Source: a virus
Taxonomy: Duplodnaviria; Caudoviricetes
Reading direction: 5' to 3' (one strand)
Virus record (IMG/VR): IMGVR_UViG_3300037483_000348
Span: 1,943 to 65,942 of that record
DNA length: 64,000 nucleotides
Shown here: positions 54,406 to 63,591 of the stretch, in pieces
Numbering within the stretch: position 1 is the stretch's first letter
Layout of the letters: every line of letters begins with the position of its first letter
The notes under the pieces: model-generated
Told to the model about the DNA's origin: nothing
Database searches by the model: none
What the model saw: the letters and a program-made list of their open reading frames with translations, nothing else
Translations under genes and position numbers: made by a program

Positions 54406-55122
54406 ATGCAGATGCGGCATGAACATTTCCAGGCGGGGATCCCATTGAGCAGGCTGTTCCTCGATTCACCGAAAGAGCTCGAAAAGCGGATCGACCGCAT
54501 GGTCGACCATTTCCGCACAGCCGAATATCTGTTCTATCAGACCAAATCGAAGGGCATCCCCAACCCGCGCGAACTGATCTGGCTTTTGTTCCAGGATGCG
54601 ATGCGGACGGCGCGGAACACACCCTTCACGGAAATCTACAAACTGCGCTCCATGCGCTCAGCGCTGCCCGATACGCGGGTGTCGGAAGCCGATGCCTTCG
54701 CAACCAAAGTCGCCCGCCTGAGCTCAGGCATGTCGCAATACGACGACAGCGTCGTCCGCTCGAAGGTCAACGAGACCGATCTCGATCGCATGGTCGACGT
54801 GCTGGACCTGCTGCGCTTCGCGGCGGGAGAGGGCGCGTTGAGGCGCCGCCGCGTGGTGCTGGCCCGCGCTGCCGGGCTGACCAACGAGCAGTGCGCCCGC
54901 ATATGGGATCGATTTCGCGTCTACGAGGGGCCGCGTCAGATGGCCTATGTCGTCTACGACGCAAAGCAGCGGGTGATCGGGGACATCCTGCAGGGCATGG
55001 ACAGGCATTTCGCGCTGGCTAGGACAAGCAGGGGCTTTCGCCGACTCTCAATTCGGGAAATCGAAAGGCGGAAACGGGCAAAGAAGGCTTTTGAGAAATC
55101 TGAGGCGTCGAATGACGCTTGA
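54406..55122 (+). CDS. Putative late transcription regulator (DUF6362-like)
   Basis: DLDRMVDVLDLL...VLARAAGL helix pattern; position. Confidence 0.55.
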   Translation: MQMRHEHFQAGIPLSRLFLDSPKELEKRIDRMVDHFRTAEYLFYQTKSKGIPNPRELIWLLFQDAMRTARNTPFTEIYKLRSMRSALPDTRVSEADAFATKVARLSSGMSQYDDSVVRSKVNETDLDRMVDVLDLLRFAAGEGALRRRRVVLARAAGLTNEQCARIWDRFRVYEGPRQMAYVVYDAKQRVIGDILQGMDRHFALARTSRGFRRLSIREIERRKRAKKAFEKSEASNDA

Positions 55123-55540
55123 TGTCTCGATGCCACGCGACTTGCGCGACCGGCGCCGCGCCAAGGGCTATTGCGCGATCTCCATCGTCGGCGTCGAGAG
55201 CGAGCAGTTCTACCGCGTGCTCTCAACCGAGGACGTGGAGAACACGCTGCGGGGAATGCAGCGGGGAAACTGGCGGCCGCTGCAGATCAAGCGCCTGCTG
55301 TGGACGCCTGGAATCGAGATCGCGCGAACCGTCGTGTCGCAAACTGAAAGCGGGCTGCGCGAACGCGGCTGGCCGGTCTCGCTTCACTGGTGCTCGGCAC
55401 CGATTGCCGAGATCGAGGCGCTGATCAAGGCCAGGCTCAACGCTCTCCGGTCAAAATACTGGACGCACGACCAGCTCGTCGCCGCGCTGCGCGAGACGTC
55501 CAACCGGGAAGCCGATCAATTCGCGAGAGGGATTTTCTGA
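55112..55540 (+). CDS. Hypothetical protein
   Basis: Coupled ORF. Confidence 0.5.
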   Translation: MTLDVSMPRDLRDRRRAKGYCAISIVGVESEQFYRVLSTEDVENTLRGMQRGNWRPLQIKRLLWTPGIEIARTVVSQTESGLRERGWPVSLHWCSAPIAEIEALIKARLNALRSKYWTHDQLVAALRETSNREADQFARGIF

Positions 55541-55947
55541 TGGAAGGACTGAAAATGACAGCGACGAAGGACGATTGGAAACGAGCCACGGCCGAAGTCG
55601 AAGCCATCGAGAAGGAGCGCGAAGCGCTGCTGGTTCCGACCAAGGAACGATATGATGCCGCCCGCGATCGGCTCGAGGAGATCGAAGATCAGTGCGGTGA
55701 TCTGCTCGGGCGCTGTGAGGGCTGCTCAGAACCGATATTCGAAGGCGACCGGCACAGCTTTGATCGAATGAGCGATATCATGATGTGCGAGGATTGCTCA
55801 CCGACCTGGCATGATCTGCTGCGCGAGCCGGAGAGCTTCTACAACGGCGAAGATGTCTACTACACGCCGGAGACAGCCAAGGCCGCGGCGGATGCTCATA
55901 TCGCCAAGGGCGGAAGCCTTGACGACAAGATCGGCGTCTCCTCCTGA
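55540..55947 (+). CDS. Coiled-coil plus zinc-finger protein
   Basis: CEGC...CEDC. Confidence 0.6.
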   Translation: MEGLKMTATKDDWKRATAEVEAIEKEREALLVPTKERYDAARDRLEEIEDQCGDLLGRCEGCSEPIFEGDRHSFDRMSDIMMCEDCSPTWHDLLREPESFYNGEDVYYTPETAKAAADAHIAKGGSLDDKIGVSS

Positions 55948-57134
55948 TGCACAGCTTCTCCGAAATCACCCGCGAGCACACGCCGCGCGTCGGCATCCGC
56001 TGGCATCAATTCGCCGACCTGTTTCCCTGGATCGAGGGCAAGGCCCTGGTCGAGCTCGAAGCCGATATCGATGCGAACGGCGTGCTCGAACCGATCGTGT
56101 TCCTCGACGGCGCCATCCTCGACGGCCGCAACCGCTACATCACGGCGCGCAAGCTCGGCGTCGAATATCCCCGCGTCGAATACACCGGCGACGATCCGCT
56201 TGCGTTCGTTCTGTCGAAGAACCTGTCTCGCCGCCATCTCACCGACCAGCAGCGCGCCATGGTTGCGGCGAAGATCGCAAAGCTGCCAAAGGGCAGGCCC
56301 GGGTTAAATCGGCCAGATGGCGCAATTACCACGGGCGAAGCCGCGAAGATGATGGACGTGCCTGTCCGCTCCGTGACGCGGGCCAAGGTCGTCGAGCGCG
56401 AGGGATCGACAGAGCTCAAGAACGCGGTCGAGACCGGCCAGATCAGTGTGGCGTCTGGCGCCGAGCTCGCCCGGCTTCCCCACGACAAGCAGGTCGAGAT
56501 TATCCGCCAGGCCGATCCGAAGGCGTTCCAGCAGGCGGCGAAGCAGGTGCGCGCGGAGCGCCGCGCCGAGAGCGGCGGCCGTCGCGAAAACGATCTCTAT
56601 CCGACACCGGATAGCATCATCGCTGAAATCGTGAGGCGATGGAAACCGAGGGCGCGAAGGATTTGGGAGCCGTGCTACGGCGATGGCCGGGTCGCGAAGG
56701 CACTCATTCAGGCTGGCTACGGTGTTGCTTGGGGCGATATCACGACAGGCCAGGATTTCTTCTCCTACGCCGCGCCATTTGAACCAGCGCTATGCACGAA
56801 CCCACCTTTCGACCGCGTCCGCGAGTTCATCGATCATGCCTTCGCCATCGGCGTCCAGGAAATGTGCCTCGTGCTGCCGGAACGCATATGGGCCTGCGGC
56901 GCGGGGCGGGAGCAATTCGAGCGTCACCGCCCGGCTGTCTGGTCCAACATGGACTGGCGCGAGGACTATCTTGGCAAGGGCGGCAGCCCCGACCGCGCCC
57001 TGGCGGTGGCGATATGGGATAGCCCGTGCGCGCCGACATGCAGTTTCGACGTGTGGACGCGGCAGGCGACAAGCGAAGCCGAAGCCTTCGATCCTGAGAC
57101 CGGCGAGATCCTCGAGGCGGGAGAGGCGGCTTGA
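55947..57134 (+). CDS. ParB-like domain fused to an adenine DNA methyltransferase
   Basis: GVLEPIV...ILDGRNRY...NLSRRHLT; NDLYPTP, IWEPCYGDG, TNPPF. Confidence 0.85.
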   Translation: MHSFSEITREHTPRVGIRWHQFADLFPWIEGKALVELEADIDANGVLEPIVFLDGAILDGRNRYITARKLGVEYPRVEYTGDDPLAFVLSKNLSRRHLTDQQRAMVAAKIAKLPKGRPGLNRPDGAITTGEAAKMMDVPVRSVTRAKVVEREGSTELKNAVETGQISVASGAELARLPHDKQVEIIRQADPKAFQQAAKQVRAERRAESGGRRENDLYPTPDSIIAEIVRRWKPRARRIWEPCYGDGRVAKALIQAGYGVAWGDITTGQDFFSYAAPFEPALCTNPPFDRVREFIDHAFAIGVQEMCLVLPERIWACGAGREQFERHRPAVWSNMDWREDYLGKGGSPDRALAVAIWDSPCAPTCSFDVWTRQATSEAEAFDPETGEILEAGEAA

Positions 57135-57412
57135 ACAAGTTCAACGGCTTCACCCGCGCTGTCTCAGGCGGTCATCACGCAATGCTGCGCTTTGCGGAGG
57201 ATGGACAGGCCGAGCCTGTGCTTGGCGAAGGCGGCAAGCCCGTCGTCTACCCGACCGAGCTCGAGGCACAGAAAGCCGTCACCGATCATTTGCTCGCATA
57301 CTTCAACGGCCATTTGCGGCGGGACGGCGCAACGGCGAACGGCGCCAAGGCGGCAGCCGAGCGCATCTTTCTCAAAGGCGGCAAGGTGGTTGCCGTGGAG
57401 CACCGGCGATGA
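57131..57412 (+). CDS. Hypothetical protein
   Basis: Coupled ORF. Confidence 0.55.
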   Translation: MNKFNGFTRAVSGGHHAMLRFAEDGQAEPVLGEGGKPVVYPTELEAQKAVTDHLLAYFNGHLRRDGATANGAKAAAERIFLKGGKVVAVEHRR

Positions 57413-57627
57413 TGACGGGCGGCCGCACAGTCTCGTTTCGTGAGGGATGGGCCTGTCGCATCCTGTCTTGGGGGCCGGCGCACTATTTCCGTCGCGCGGA
57501 AGCTGGAATCTGCAATTCCATCTGCGGTTCCATGCAGGGCGTTCCTGCCGGTGCGCTTCTCGAAGCCGGTAACTGGAAAAAGTGCAAACGATGCGAGCGG
57601 CTGATTGGAAGCGAGAACAAGCGCTGA
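57409..57627 (+). CDS. Small Cys-rich protein
   Basis: AHYF...SICG...CKRC. Confidence 0.5.
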   Translation: MMTGGRTVSFREGWACRILSWGPAHYFRRAEAGICNSICGSMQGVPAGALLEAGNWKKCKRCERLIGSENKR

Positions 57628-57732
57628 AATTATGCCCGGGGCTGGTAGGAAGGGGGCCAGGACGCGCGGGAGGGGTCTGGCGAGTGTGGAGGGAAGGCCG
57701 AAGGCCGTTTCGCTCGCCTGTGGCCGTTGGTG

Positions 57733-57747
57733 GTGCCAATCTGGCAC
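57733..57747. promoter_or_regulatory. Operator copy GTGCCA ATC TGGCAC (perfect palindrome)
   Basis: Intergenic, next to TTGACA at 57755. Confidence 0.55.
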
Positions 57748-57944
57748 TAATTCCTTGACAAAATCCAAGGTTCGCCCGACAAAGCGCGCATCGGCTGATC
57801 TTCTGCGCAAATGACGATCATGTCGTCTCTGCCGCCGACTGGACGAAGGCGGCACGTCCTCCCGGACAAAAACGAGAGGGTGCGGCGACCAAACCGCACC
57901 CTCTCTCCCTACCGACCGGCGCGAGCCCCGACGCCGGCACGGAT

Positions 57945-58130
57945 TCAGTGTAGCAATGTCTGTCGCGCGTGAGCTTCGCGCAACCTTGCCTCCATGTTGC
58001 GCAGCGTCCGTGACGTCGCCGCCAAGGTGTCGGCGAGATGGTCGGCCTTGTTCGGGTCCACCGTCTTGATCGCAACGAACTCGCCGTCTTTCCAGCCCGA
58101 CGCTACCGTCGACACCAGCCGCTCCACCAT
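57945..58130 (-). CDS. Hypothetical protein
   Basis: Operon context. Confidence 0.4.
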   Translation of the reverse strand: MVERLVSTVASGWKDGEFVAIKTVDPNKADHLADTLAATSRTLRNMEARLREAHARQTLLH

Positions 58131-58143
58131 GCGCTCGAGCTGG

Positions 58144-58479
58144 TCATGCGGGCTCAGGCAAAGGAGGATGCGCTCGGGAATAGTCTGCCTCCGCGTCCGC
58201 TTCCTCGCTCGTCATGGTCTGGAACGGATTGTCGGCCTCGCCAACGGCGGTCGCCTGCCCCAAGTCGTGCACTTCCTCGCGATGATGGAAATGCGCGTCC
58301 CGTTCGATCTCGGTCCAGTCGAATCCATGCGCGTCGGCCAAGTGCATCAGGTCGATCAGCGCATAGGTGAGATTGAGCTTTTCGTCGCCTTGGTCGCCGC
58401 CTTCGTTGACCCATGCTGACAGGGCAGTATTGCCCCGGCTGGCGCGGGCGTTGGTCGACATATCGTCATGGACGGTCAT
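58144..58479 (-). CDS. Hypothetical protein
   Basis: LIDLMHLADAHGFDW pattern. Confidence 0.55.
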   Translation of the reverse strand: MTVHDDMSTNARASRGNTALSAWVNEGGDQGDEKLNLTYALIDLMHLADAHGFDWTEIERDAHFHHREEVHDLGQATAVGEADNPFQTMTSEEADAEADYSRAHPPLPEPA

Positions 58480-58832
58480 GCCGCTTCTCCCTGCTTTCTG
58501 GCTTTGAGGCTGGCGGCGATCTTCGCAGGTTGCGCGATGCAGTTCGTCCAGTCGACCAGCGCCACGAATGCCGGAATGAACTCCCAATCGTAGGGAATCA
58601 GGTCCAGCTCCTCGGCGCCTTCGTGGCTGCCGATCAGCTCGAAGGTCCGGAGCGCGTCATCGGACAGCGCGATCGCGACGTGGCGCATTTCCACACTGCC
58701 GCGACCCCGGAACGCATGTTCGAGTTCGGTCTGCCAAGTCGGCGCAACGAGCTTGCTTTCTTCCCGCGCTTCCAGCATCGCCTCCCATATGCACAGCGCG
58801 GCTTCCATGCGCAGCGTTTCGGAATAGGCCAT
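58476..58832 (-). CDS. Hypothetical protein
   Basis: GGAGG RBS; coupled. Confidence 0.55.
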   Translation of the reverse strand: MAYSETLRMEAALCIWEAMLEAREESKLVAPTWQTELEHAFRGRGSVEMRHVAIALSDDALRTFELIGSHEGAEELDLIPYDWEFIPAFVALVDWTNCIAQPAKIAASLKARKQGEAA

Positions 58833-59440
58833 CAGCGTCCTCCCTCGATCGCGTCGGAGAGCGGCGACAGGACCTCGTTCCAGATCGCCTCGCAGACGGG
58901 GTTGGCGCTGTAGTCGGAGACCACGTCCCAACCGTCATTCCCGTAAATCATTTGGAACCAGCCGGCCTTGTTGCCTTCGCTGTCCCTGATGACGATCACG
59001 TCCTCGTCGGTGGAAAACAGCGCGGCCATGATCTCGGCCTTGTCGGTCGATCGCTTCACCGGCCAATCCTCGCCGTCGCTGACGGAAATGGCGTAGCCGC
59101 GTTTCAAGCAGCCATCGACGAGGGCGGTGCACATGCGCTTCTCGGCTCGGATGCGCGGCGCCAGCGGCAGGCTGTAGTTGCGATGGTCGGGATCGGTAGC
59201 GTCGGCTATCGCTGAATCGAAGCCGGTCGGCGCCGGCGGAAACCGGAACTTGTCGAGGCCGCTAGGACCGAAGTTTGGATCGTTGCGCAGGCCGTGCAGG
59301 ATCGAGCCACGGTTCGGCATTGCCTCGCAATGCGACAGGCGCGCGTTGTACCAGTCGATCCGCAGATCGTCTTTCCACTTGCGGCCTCGCTCGTCCGCGT
59401 AGGATCGCAAGGCTGCCAGTTCGTCTTTGTTGGGTGTCAT
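58832..59440 (-). CDS. Hypothetical protein (two-domain)
   Basis: GGAGA RBS; YGNDGWDVVSDY motif. Confidence 0.6.
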   Translation of the reverse strand: MTPNKDELAALRSYADERGRKWKDDLRIDWYNARLSHCEAMPNRGSILHGLRNDPNFGPSGLDKFRFPPAPTGFDSAIADATDPDHRNYSLPLAPRIRAEKRMCTALVDGCLKRGYAISVSDGEDWPVKRSTDKAEIMAALFSTDEDVIVIRDSEGNKAGWFQMIYGNDGWDVVSDYSANPVCEAIWNEVLSPLSDAIEGGR

Positions 59441-59490
59441 GGTCTTTCTCCGTGGTAGGGATATGCTTTCGATACCAGTAACTTAGTCTA

Positions 59491-59505
59491 TAACCAAACT
59501 GGTTA
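59491..59505. promoter_or_regulatory. Operator copy TAACCA AAC TGGTTA (perfect palindrome)
   Basis: Upstream of 59440 start. Confidence 0.65.
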
Positions 59506-59525
59506 CAATAGGGTTGTGAAAAAAG

Positions 59526-60128
59526 TCAGGCCACGCGCTGGAATTTCGCCTCCAGCACGTCTTTGGAGATCGAATTGCGCTCCCCCGTCTCGGTGTCCAT
59601 GATGCAGGCCTGATCGACATGAACCGGGTGGCAACCGACGACGCGCCAGTTGCGGCCGGTCTTGTCCTTCGCTTCCGAGCCGAGCCAGGGGCCGACGTCC
59701 AGCGGTTCGGGTTTCGGGCCGAGGCGGTATTGGTCGGGCAGCTTGGGGTGCTTCCACGCGCAACCCTGATCCTCGAGCCCGTATTCAAAGACCTCGATTC
59801 CCAATGCCTCGAACAACCACACTGATATGTATGCACGATGGCAATATTGATCGTCGTCTGGCTTCTCGTAGCAGAGCAGCGCGGCGTCCTTGCCGTTCGC
59901 CAGCTTTTCGATCTGTTCGACCGTCTCCTGCGGATCGAGATGCCTCAGCCCCTCGAAATAGAGCTGCTTGTATTGCGGGATCGAGGCGGTGCGAAAATAT
60001 GAGCCAGGCGCCAGCGACATCATCTTGCGGAAACCTGCCGGATAATTTCTTGGCGTTCCTCTGCTCACTCCGATCTTTTGGATAGTGTCAGGGAGGGGAG
60101 AGAACCAACTCGAAGTGACGATCTTCAT
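59526..60128 (-). CDS. DUF488-family protein
   Basis: IGVSRGTP...LAP...ALLCYE...CHR signature. Confidence 0.72.
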   Translation of the reverse strand: MKIVTSSWFSPLPDTIQKIGVSRGTPRNYPAGFRKMMSLAPGSYFRTASIPQYKQLYFEGLRHLDPQETVEQIEKLANGKDAALLCYEKPDDDQYCHRAYISVWLFEALGIEVFEYGLEDQGCAWKHPKLPDQYRLGPKPEPLDVGPWLGSEAKDKTGRNWRVVGCHPVHVDQACIMDTETGERNSISKDVLEAKFQRVA

Positions 60129-60830
60129 GGCTGCATCTTTCGTTGCTTGGTGAGTCCTGTAACTTTATTTGACGACGCTTTGCTCGACAATGAAAAGACG
60201 CTGTTGTTAACCGATATGCACTCTATTGCCTTCGCCGAGGCGGACGCGCTCGATCCACTGGCAGCGCAGTTCCTTTGCCATGAACTCCCGATCCAGCGTG
60301 ACCGGCGTCAGATGCTCGCGGACAGTTCCGTCGAACGGGTCGATCTTGATGAAACGCATAGCGGTTTCCTCTCGTCGTTGTGGTGGGGAAGGGTGGGGCG
60401 CTTGCCGGCCTCGAACAGATCGAGCCACCACTCGACCAGCTCGGCGGTGTAGAGGTCGTCGATGGCGCGACGTTTCGGGCGCTTCATGATCTCGCGCTCG
60501 AGCCAGTCGAGCTGGCCGTCGGTGGTCTTGCGGAACAGAAGCATCCGGAAGGCATCGGCCAGGCGGAGATCCAGTTCGCGGGAGCCTGTCTCGCGGATCG
60601 GAGAGTGATCCCCGTTCCAGGTTCGCCACATGCGCAGGGCCTGGGTGATGGTGGCTTCGATCATCACCAGCACTCCTCGATGCGTTCGATCTGCTTTCTG
60701 ACTTCCTCGCCGCGCTTTTCGGCCGTTGCGATCTGCACCGGGTCTCCGGTAGCTCTTGCTCGCGCCATGTCGATCTGCGCAAAGGCCAGGTCGATCGGGT
60801 AGTGAGCGAGGGAAGGGGCGGCGAGGGTTC

Positions 60831-61058
60831 TCATTGCTTTGCTTTCCGCATTCTCTGACGAGCCTTGCGCTGACGTTTGCGGGCAGCGCGCTTTTCAGGG
60901 GATGCACGGCGGCGCTTCGGCTCGCGTTCCGGTAGAGTCGGGAAGGGTTCGCTGATAGGCCGCATGGGGTCTGTCAGCGCGCCCGGCGCAAGTAGGGAAG
61001 CAGCCGCCAGAGCGAGATTTGCGCCGATGAAGCCGTACTTTTTCCGCGTCTCGATCAT
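60831..61058 (-). CDS. Small protein with hydrophobic segment and basic tail
   Basis: ORF track; operon context. Confidence 0.4.
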   Translation of the reverse strand: MIETRKKYGFIGANLALAAASLLAPGALTDPMRPISEPFPTLPEREPKRRRASPEKRAARKRQRKARQRMRKAKQ

Positions 61059-61226
61059 TGGACCGGCCCGTCCAGCGAACCGACGAATACGATCGCCGCC
61101 ACGCTAACAGCCACGAAAATCAGGAACAGCGCGTTCCTGGCTCTCATCTCTCCGAGCCAATCGATCAGCTCGTCTCTTTCCGGGGGCATCGTGTTTCCTT
61201 TCTGTGGAACCAATGATGATAGGCTA

Positions 61227-61241
61227 TAGCCATAATGGTTA
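61227..61241. promoter_or_regulatory. Operator copy TAGCCA TAA TGGTTA
   Basis: Intergenic. Confidence 0.62.
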
Positions 61242-61249
61242 CAAATTGG

Positions 61250-62059
61250 CTAAACGGAAAAATCGAACGTCATCTGAGTCGGCCCCGCCCCAGGCGTCGG
61301 CTCGGCGATGGGCAGGGGTGCCTCCTCGTCACCACGTCCATCTTCCGGGGAGCGGTTCGCCGCATCTCCGCTCCCCGGATCGAACCGCTTGGGGAACATC
61401 ATTGCCATCGGCGTCGGCGAGGCCGACCACATCTCAAGGCTGAGCGTGTTGCCATGCTGCACGACGCCTGACACTCCGGCGAGCGAGGTCTGGATGTAGC
61501 AGCCGGCCATCGCCTTGAACTCTACGTCGATCATCTGCCAGTGGCAGTGCCGTGCCGGCTCGAAGCCCTGCTCGCGCATGTATTCTGCAATTGCCAGGAC
61601 CATGCCGCCCATGCCGGCGGCGGGCTCGCTGGCGGTGAAATAGCCGCGCCCCTTGCCTTCGATGATTTTACCGATATCGCCCAAATTCATGCGCGCCATC
61701 ATGCGCGAGAGCTCGGGCGGCGTGAAGAACTGGCCCAGGTCTCCTGACCCGCCGATCTCCATGAAGGTCGGGCCGAGGAAATCGCACAGCTGCGCCTCCA
61801 GCGCTTCAACCGTCACGGCCAGCATCTCGGAGAGGCGCTTCATCGTCTGCTCGGGATGGCGGCAGCGCTTGACGATCCGCATATAGTCGTCCTCGTTCGC
61901 CTGCCAGTGGTCGGTGCCTTTCAGAACGGAACCGCGGATCGCGCGATAGCCGGCCTCGAGGAAATCACTGAGCACTTCGTAGCGCGCGCGACCTTCCTGT
62001 CGGCCGATCTCCTCCATCAGGTTGATGAAGGATTTGCGGTGCGGTTCATGCGGGTGCAT
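61250..62059 (-). CDS. HsdM-like SAM-binding protein lacking the NPPY/F catalytic motif
   Basis: GQFFTP, EPAAGMGGM, GNTL; no (N/D)PP(Y/F) in the ORF. Confidence 0.72.
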   Translation of the reverse strand: MHPHEPHRKSFINLMEEIGRQEGRARYEVLSDFLEAGYRAIRGSVLKGTDHWQANEDDYMRIVKRCRHPEQTMKRLSEMLAVTVEALEAQLCDFLGPTFMEIGGSGDLGQFFTPPELSRMMARMNLGDIGKIIEGKGRGYFTASEPAAGMGGMVLAIAEYMREQGFEPARHCHWQMIDVEFKAMAGCYIQTSLAGVSGVVQHGNTLSLEMWSASPTPMAMMFPKRFDPGSGDAANRSPEDGRGDEEAPLPIAEPTPGAGPTQMTFDFSV

Positions 62060-62549
62060 CGACCTGTTCCGCTCGCGCGTCCTCGAAATCGACGATGATC
62101 CGGCGCGTTGGGTCTGAATCGTTGTCGACCTTGACGGCGTATTGAGCAACGCCGTGCGCATAGACCTCGTCGATCGTCCCGGTGTGATCTTCGCCGCCCC
62201 ACCGGGCTATGACGCGCGTACCGACCGGGAATGGCGGCTCGATCTTATTGTCCTCGACCCACTTCTGCTGCGCAGCCTTGATCTCGAGTTTCGCAGCGCT
62301 CGACCAGGTATCGAGTTCGTCGAGCATCGACATATCGCAATCCCAATAGCAGCGCTCGTCGAGCGCCTTGGCGAGCTGATAGCCGTCCATGTGCGCGTAA
62401 CCGACGCGCGCAATGTCACGCACCGAGTCGTCGATCTGGCTTTCCTCGATATGCCCGAATTTCCTGAGCGCTTCTGCGACCTGGCGGGCTGCGCGTTGCT
62501 TCATCTCGTCGGTGAGGATGATGGGGCGCTTCGGAATGGTGTTCGTCAT
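62046..62549 (-). CDS. Hypothetical protein with C-terminal SH3/Tudor-like strand pattern
   Basis: DGYQLAKALD; PFPVGTRVIARW. Confidence 0.6.
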   Translation of the reverse strand: MTNTIPKRPIILTDEMKQRAARQVAEALRKFGHIEESQIDDSVRDIARVGYAHMDGYQLAKALDERCYWDCDMSMLDELDTWSSAAKLEIKAAQQKWVEDNKIEPPFPVGTRVIARWGGEDHTGTIDEVYAHGVAQYAVKVDNDSDPTRRIIVDFEDARAEQVDAPA

Positions 62550-62675
62550 TTCGGTCTCCGTTGGTAGGGGTGGGTCGCGGCGGACGACCAGTCATCAATC
62601 GCCCGCCGCTATCGAAGAAGATTTCGCTTAACCAGCTGTCCCCATTTTTCCTCCCTTGTTTGTTGCGGTGAAAAT

Positions 62676-62966
62676 TCAGGCCGGGACGACGAAGCGGCCG
62701 GACGGATCGTTGGAGCCGTTGCCGGTCCAGCGGGCTTCCTGCTCCATGACCTTCGATGTCAGGGAATCGTCATCCTCGGCCATGTCGGCTATGCGCAGTC
62801 CAAGATCGCGCGTCAGCGGATCGTCGTTGATGATGAGGTTGTGCTTGCCGACATAGACGCCATCGATGACGACGCGGGGCTCGCCTTCCTCCCATTCGAG
62901 GCTGGCTTCAAGCTCCACTTCCATGTCGCGGATGAAGCCGATGGTAGGGCAGTAGGGGAATTTCAT
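62676..62966 (-). CDS. Acidic hypothetical protein
   Basis: GGAGA RBS. Confidence 0.55.
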   Translation of the reverse strand: MKFPYCPTIGFIRDMEVELEASLEWEEGEPRVVIDGVYVGKHNLIINDDPLTRDLGLRIADMAEDDDSLTSKVMEQEARWTGNGSNDPSGRFVVPA

Positions 62967-63001
62967 TGGTCGTCTCCGTGGTAGGGTTCGGGTGGTTGGG
63001 G

Positions 63002-63424
63002 TCAGGCGGCTTGCCGTTCTTCGCGCAGCGCCTTGCGTTCGGTGTAGGTGAGATTGCCTTCACAGGACGCGCAGAGGGGCTTGCGCATGAACTCGTCACG
63101 CTCCCGCTTCGCCTTTTCTGCGGACTGCTGCTTTCCTTCCGCTTTGGCGATGGCGGCGCGCAGTTTGGCGCGCGTCGCAACCTCAATGCGCACTTCGCCC
63201 GACCACTTGTCAGTGCATTCGCCATCGGAGTAACCGCGAGCGCGCAAGGTGTTCTCGATCGTGGCTAGCGCTGCTTTCAGCGCCTCGCGCATATCGCCCG
63301 CCGCAGCGAACAGATGCGCGTTGGCGAATTTCTGCTCCTCAGTGCCGAGGAGAGACGCGACTTTCTTCCCGCTCTCATCAGCGATGTAGACGAAGCCGTT
63401 CTTGGAAATGACGGAGAAGGTCAT
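63002..63424 (-). CDS. Hypothetical protein
   Basis: ANAHLFAAAGDMREALK pattern. Confidence 0.55.
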   Translation of the reverse strand: MTFSVISKNGFVYIADESGKKVASLLGTEEQKFANAHLFAAAGDMREALKAALATIENTLRARGYSDGECTDKWSGEVRIEVATRAKLRAAIAKAEGKQQSAEKAKRERDEFMRKPLCASCEGNLTYTERKALREERQAA

Positions 63425-63555
63425 CGAAATTCCTCTCTTGACAAAACCGCGTTACCGGGTGGAGAAATCACGCACTCTCCACCCGATTCGCAGAAGTGAT
63501 CAGCCGGCGATGGCCTAGCGGCTTCCCCGCCGCGCCAATTCGTGTAACCACTAGA

Positions 63556-63570
63556 TAACCATTCTGGTTA
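63556..63570. promoter_or_regulatory. Operator copy TAACCA TTC TGGTTA (perfect palindrome)
   Basis: Divergent intergenic region, 21 bp before ATG. Confidence 0.65.
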
Positions 63571-63591
63571 CAAGTCAACCAAGGAAGCACC

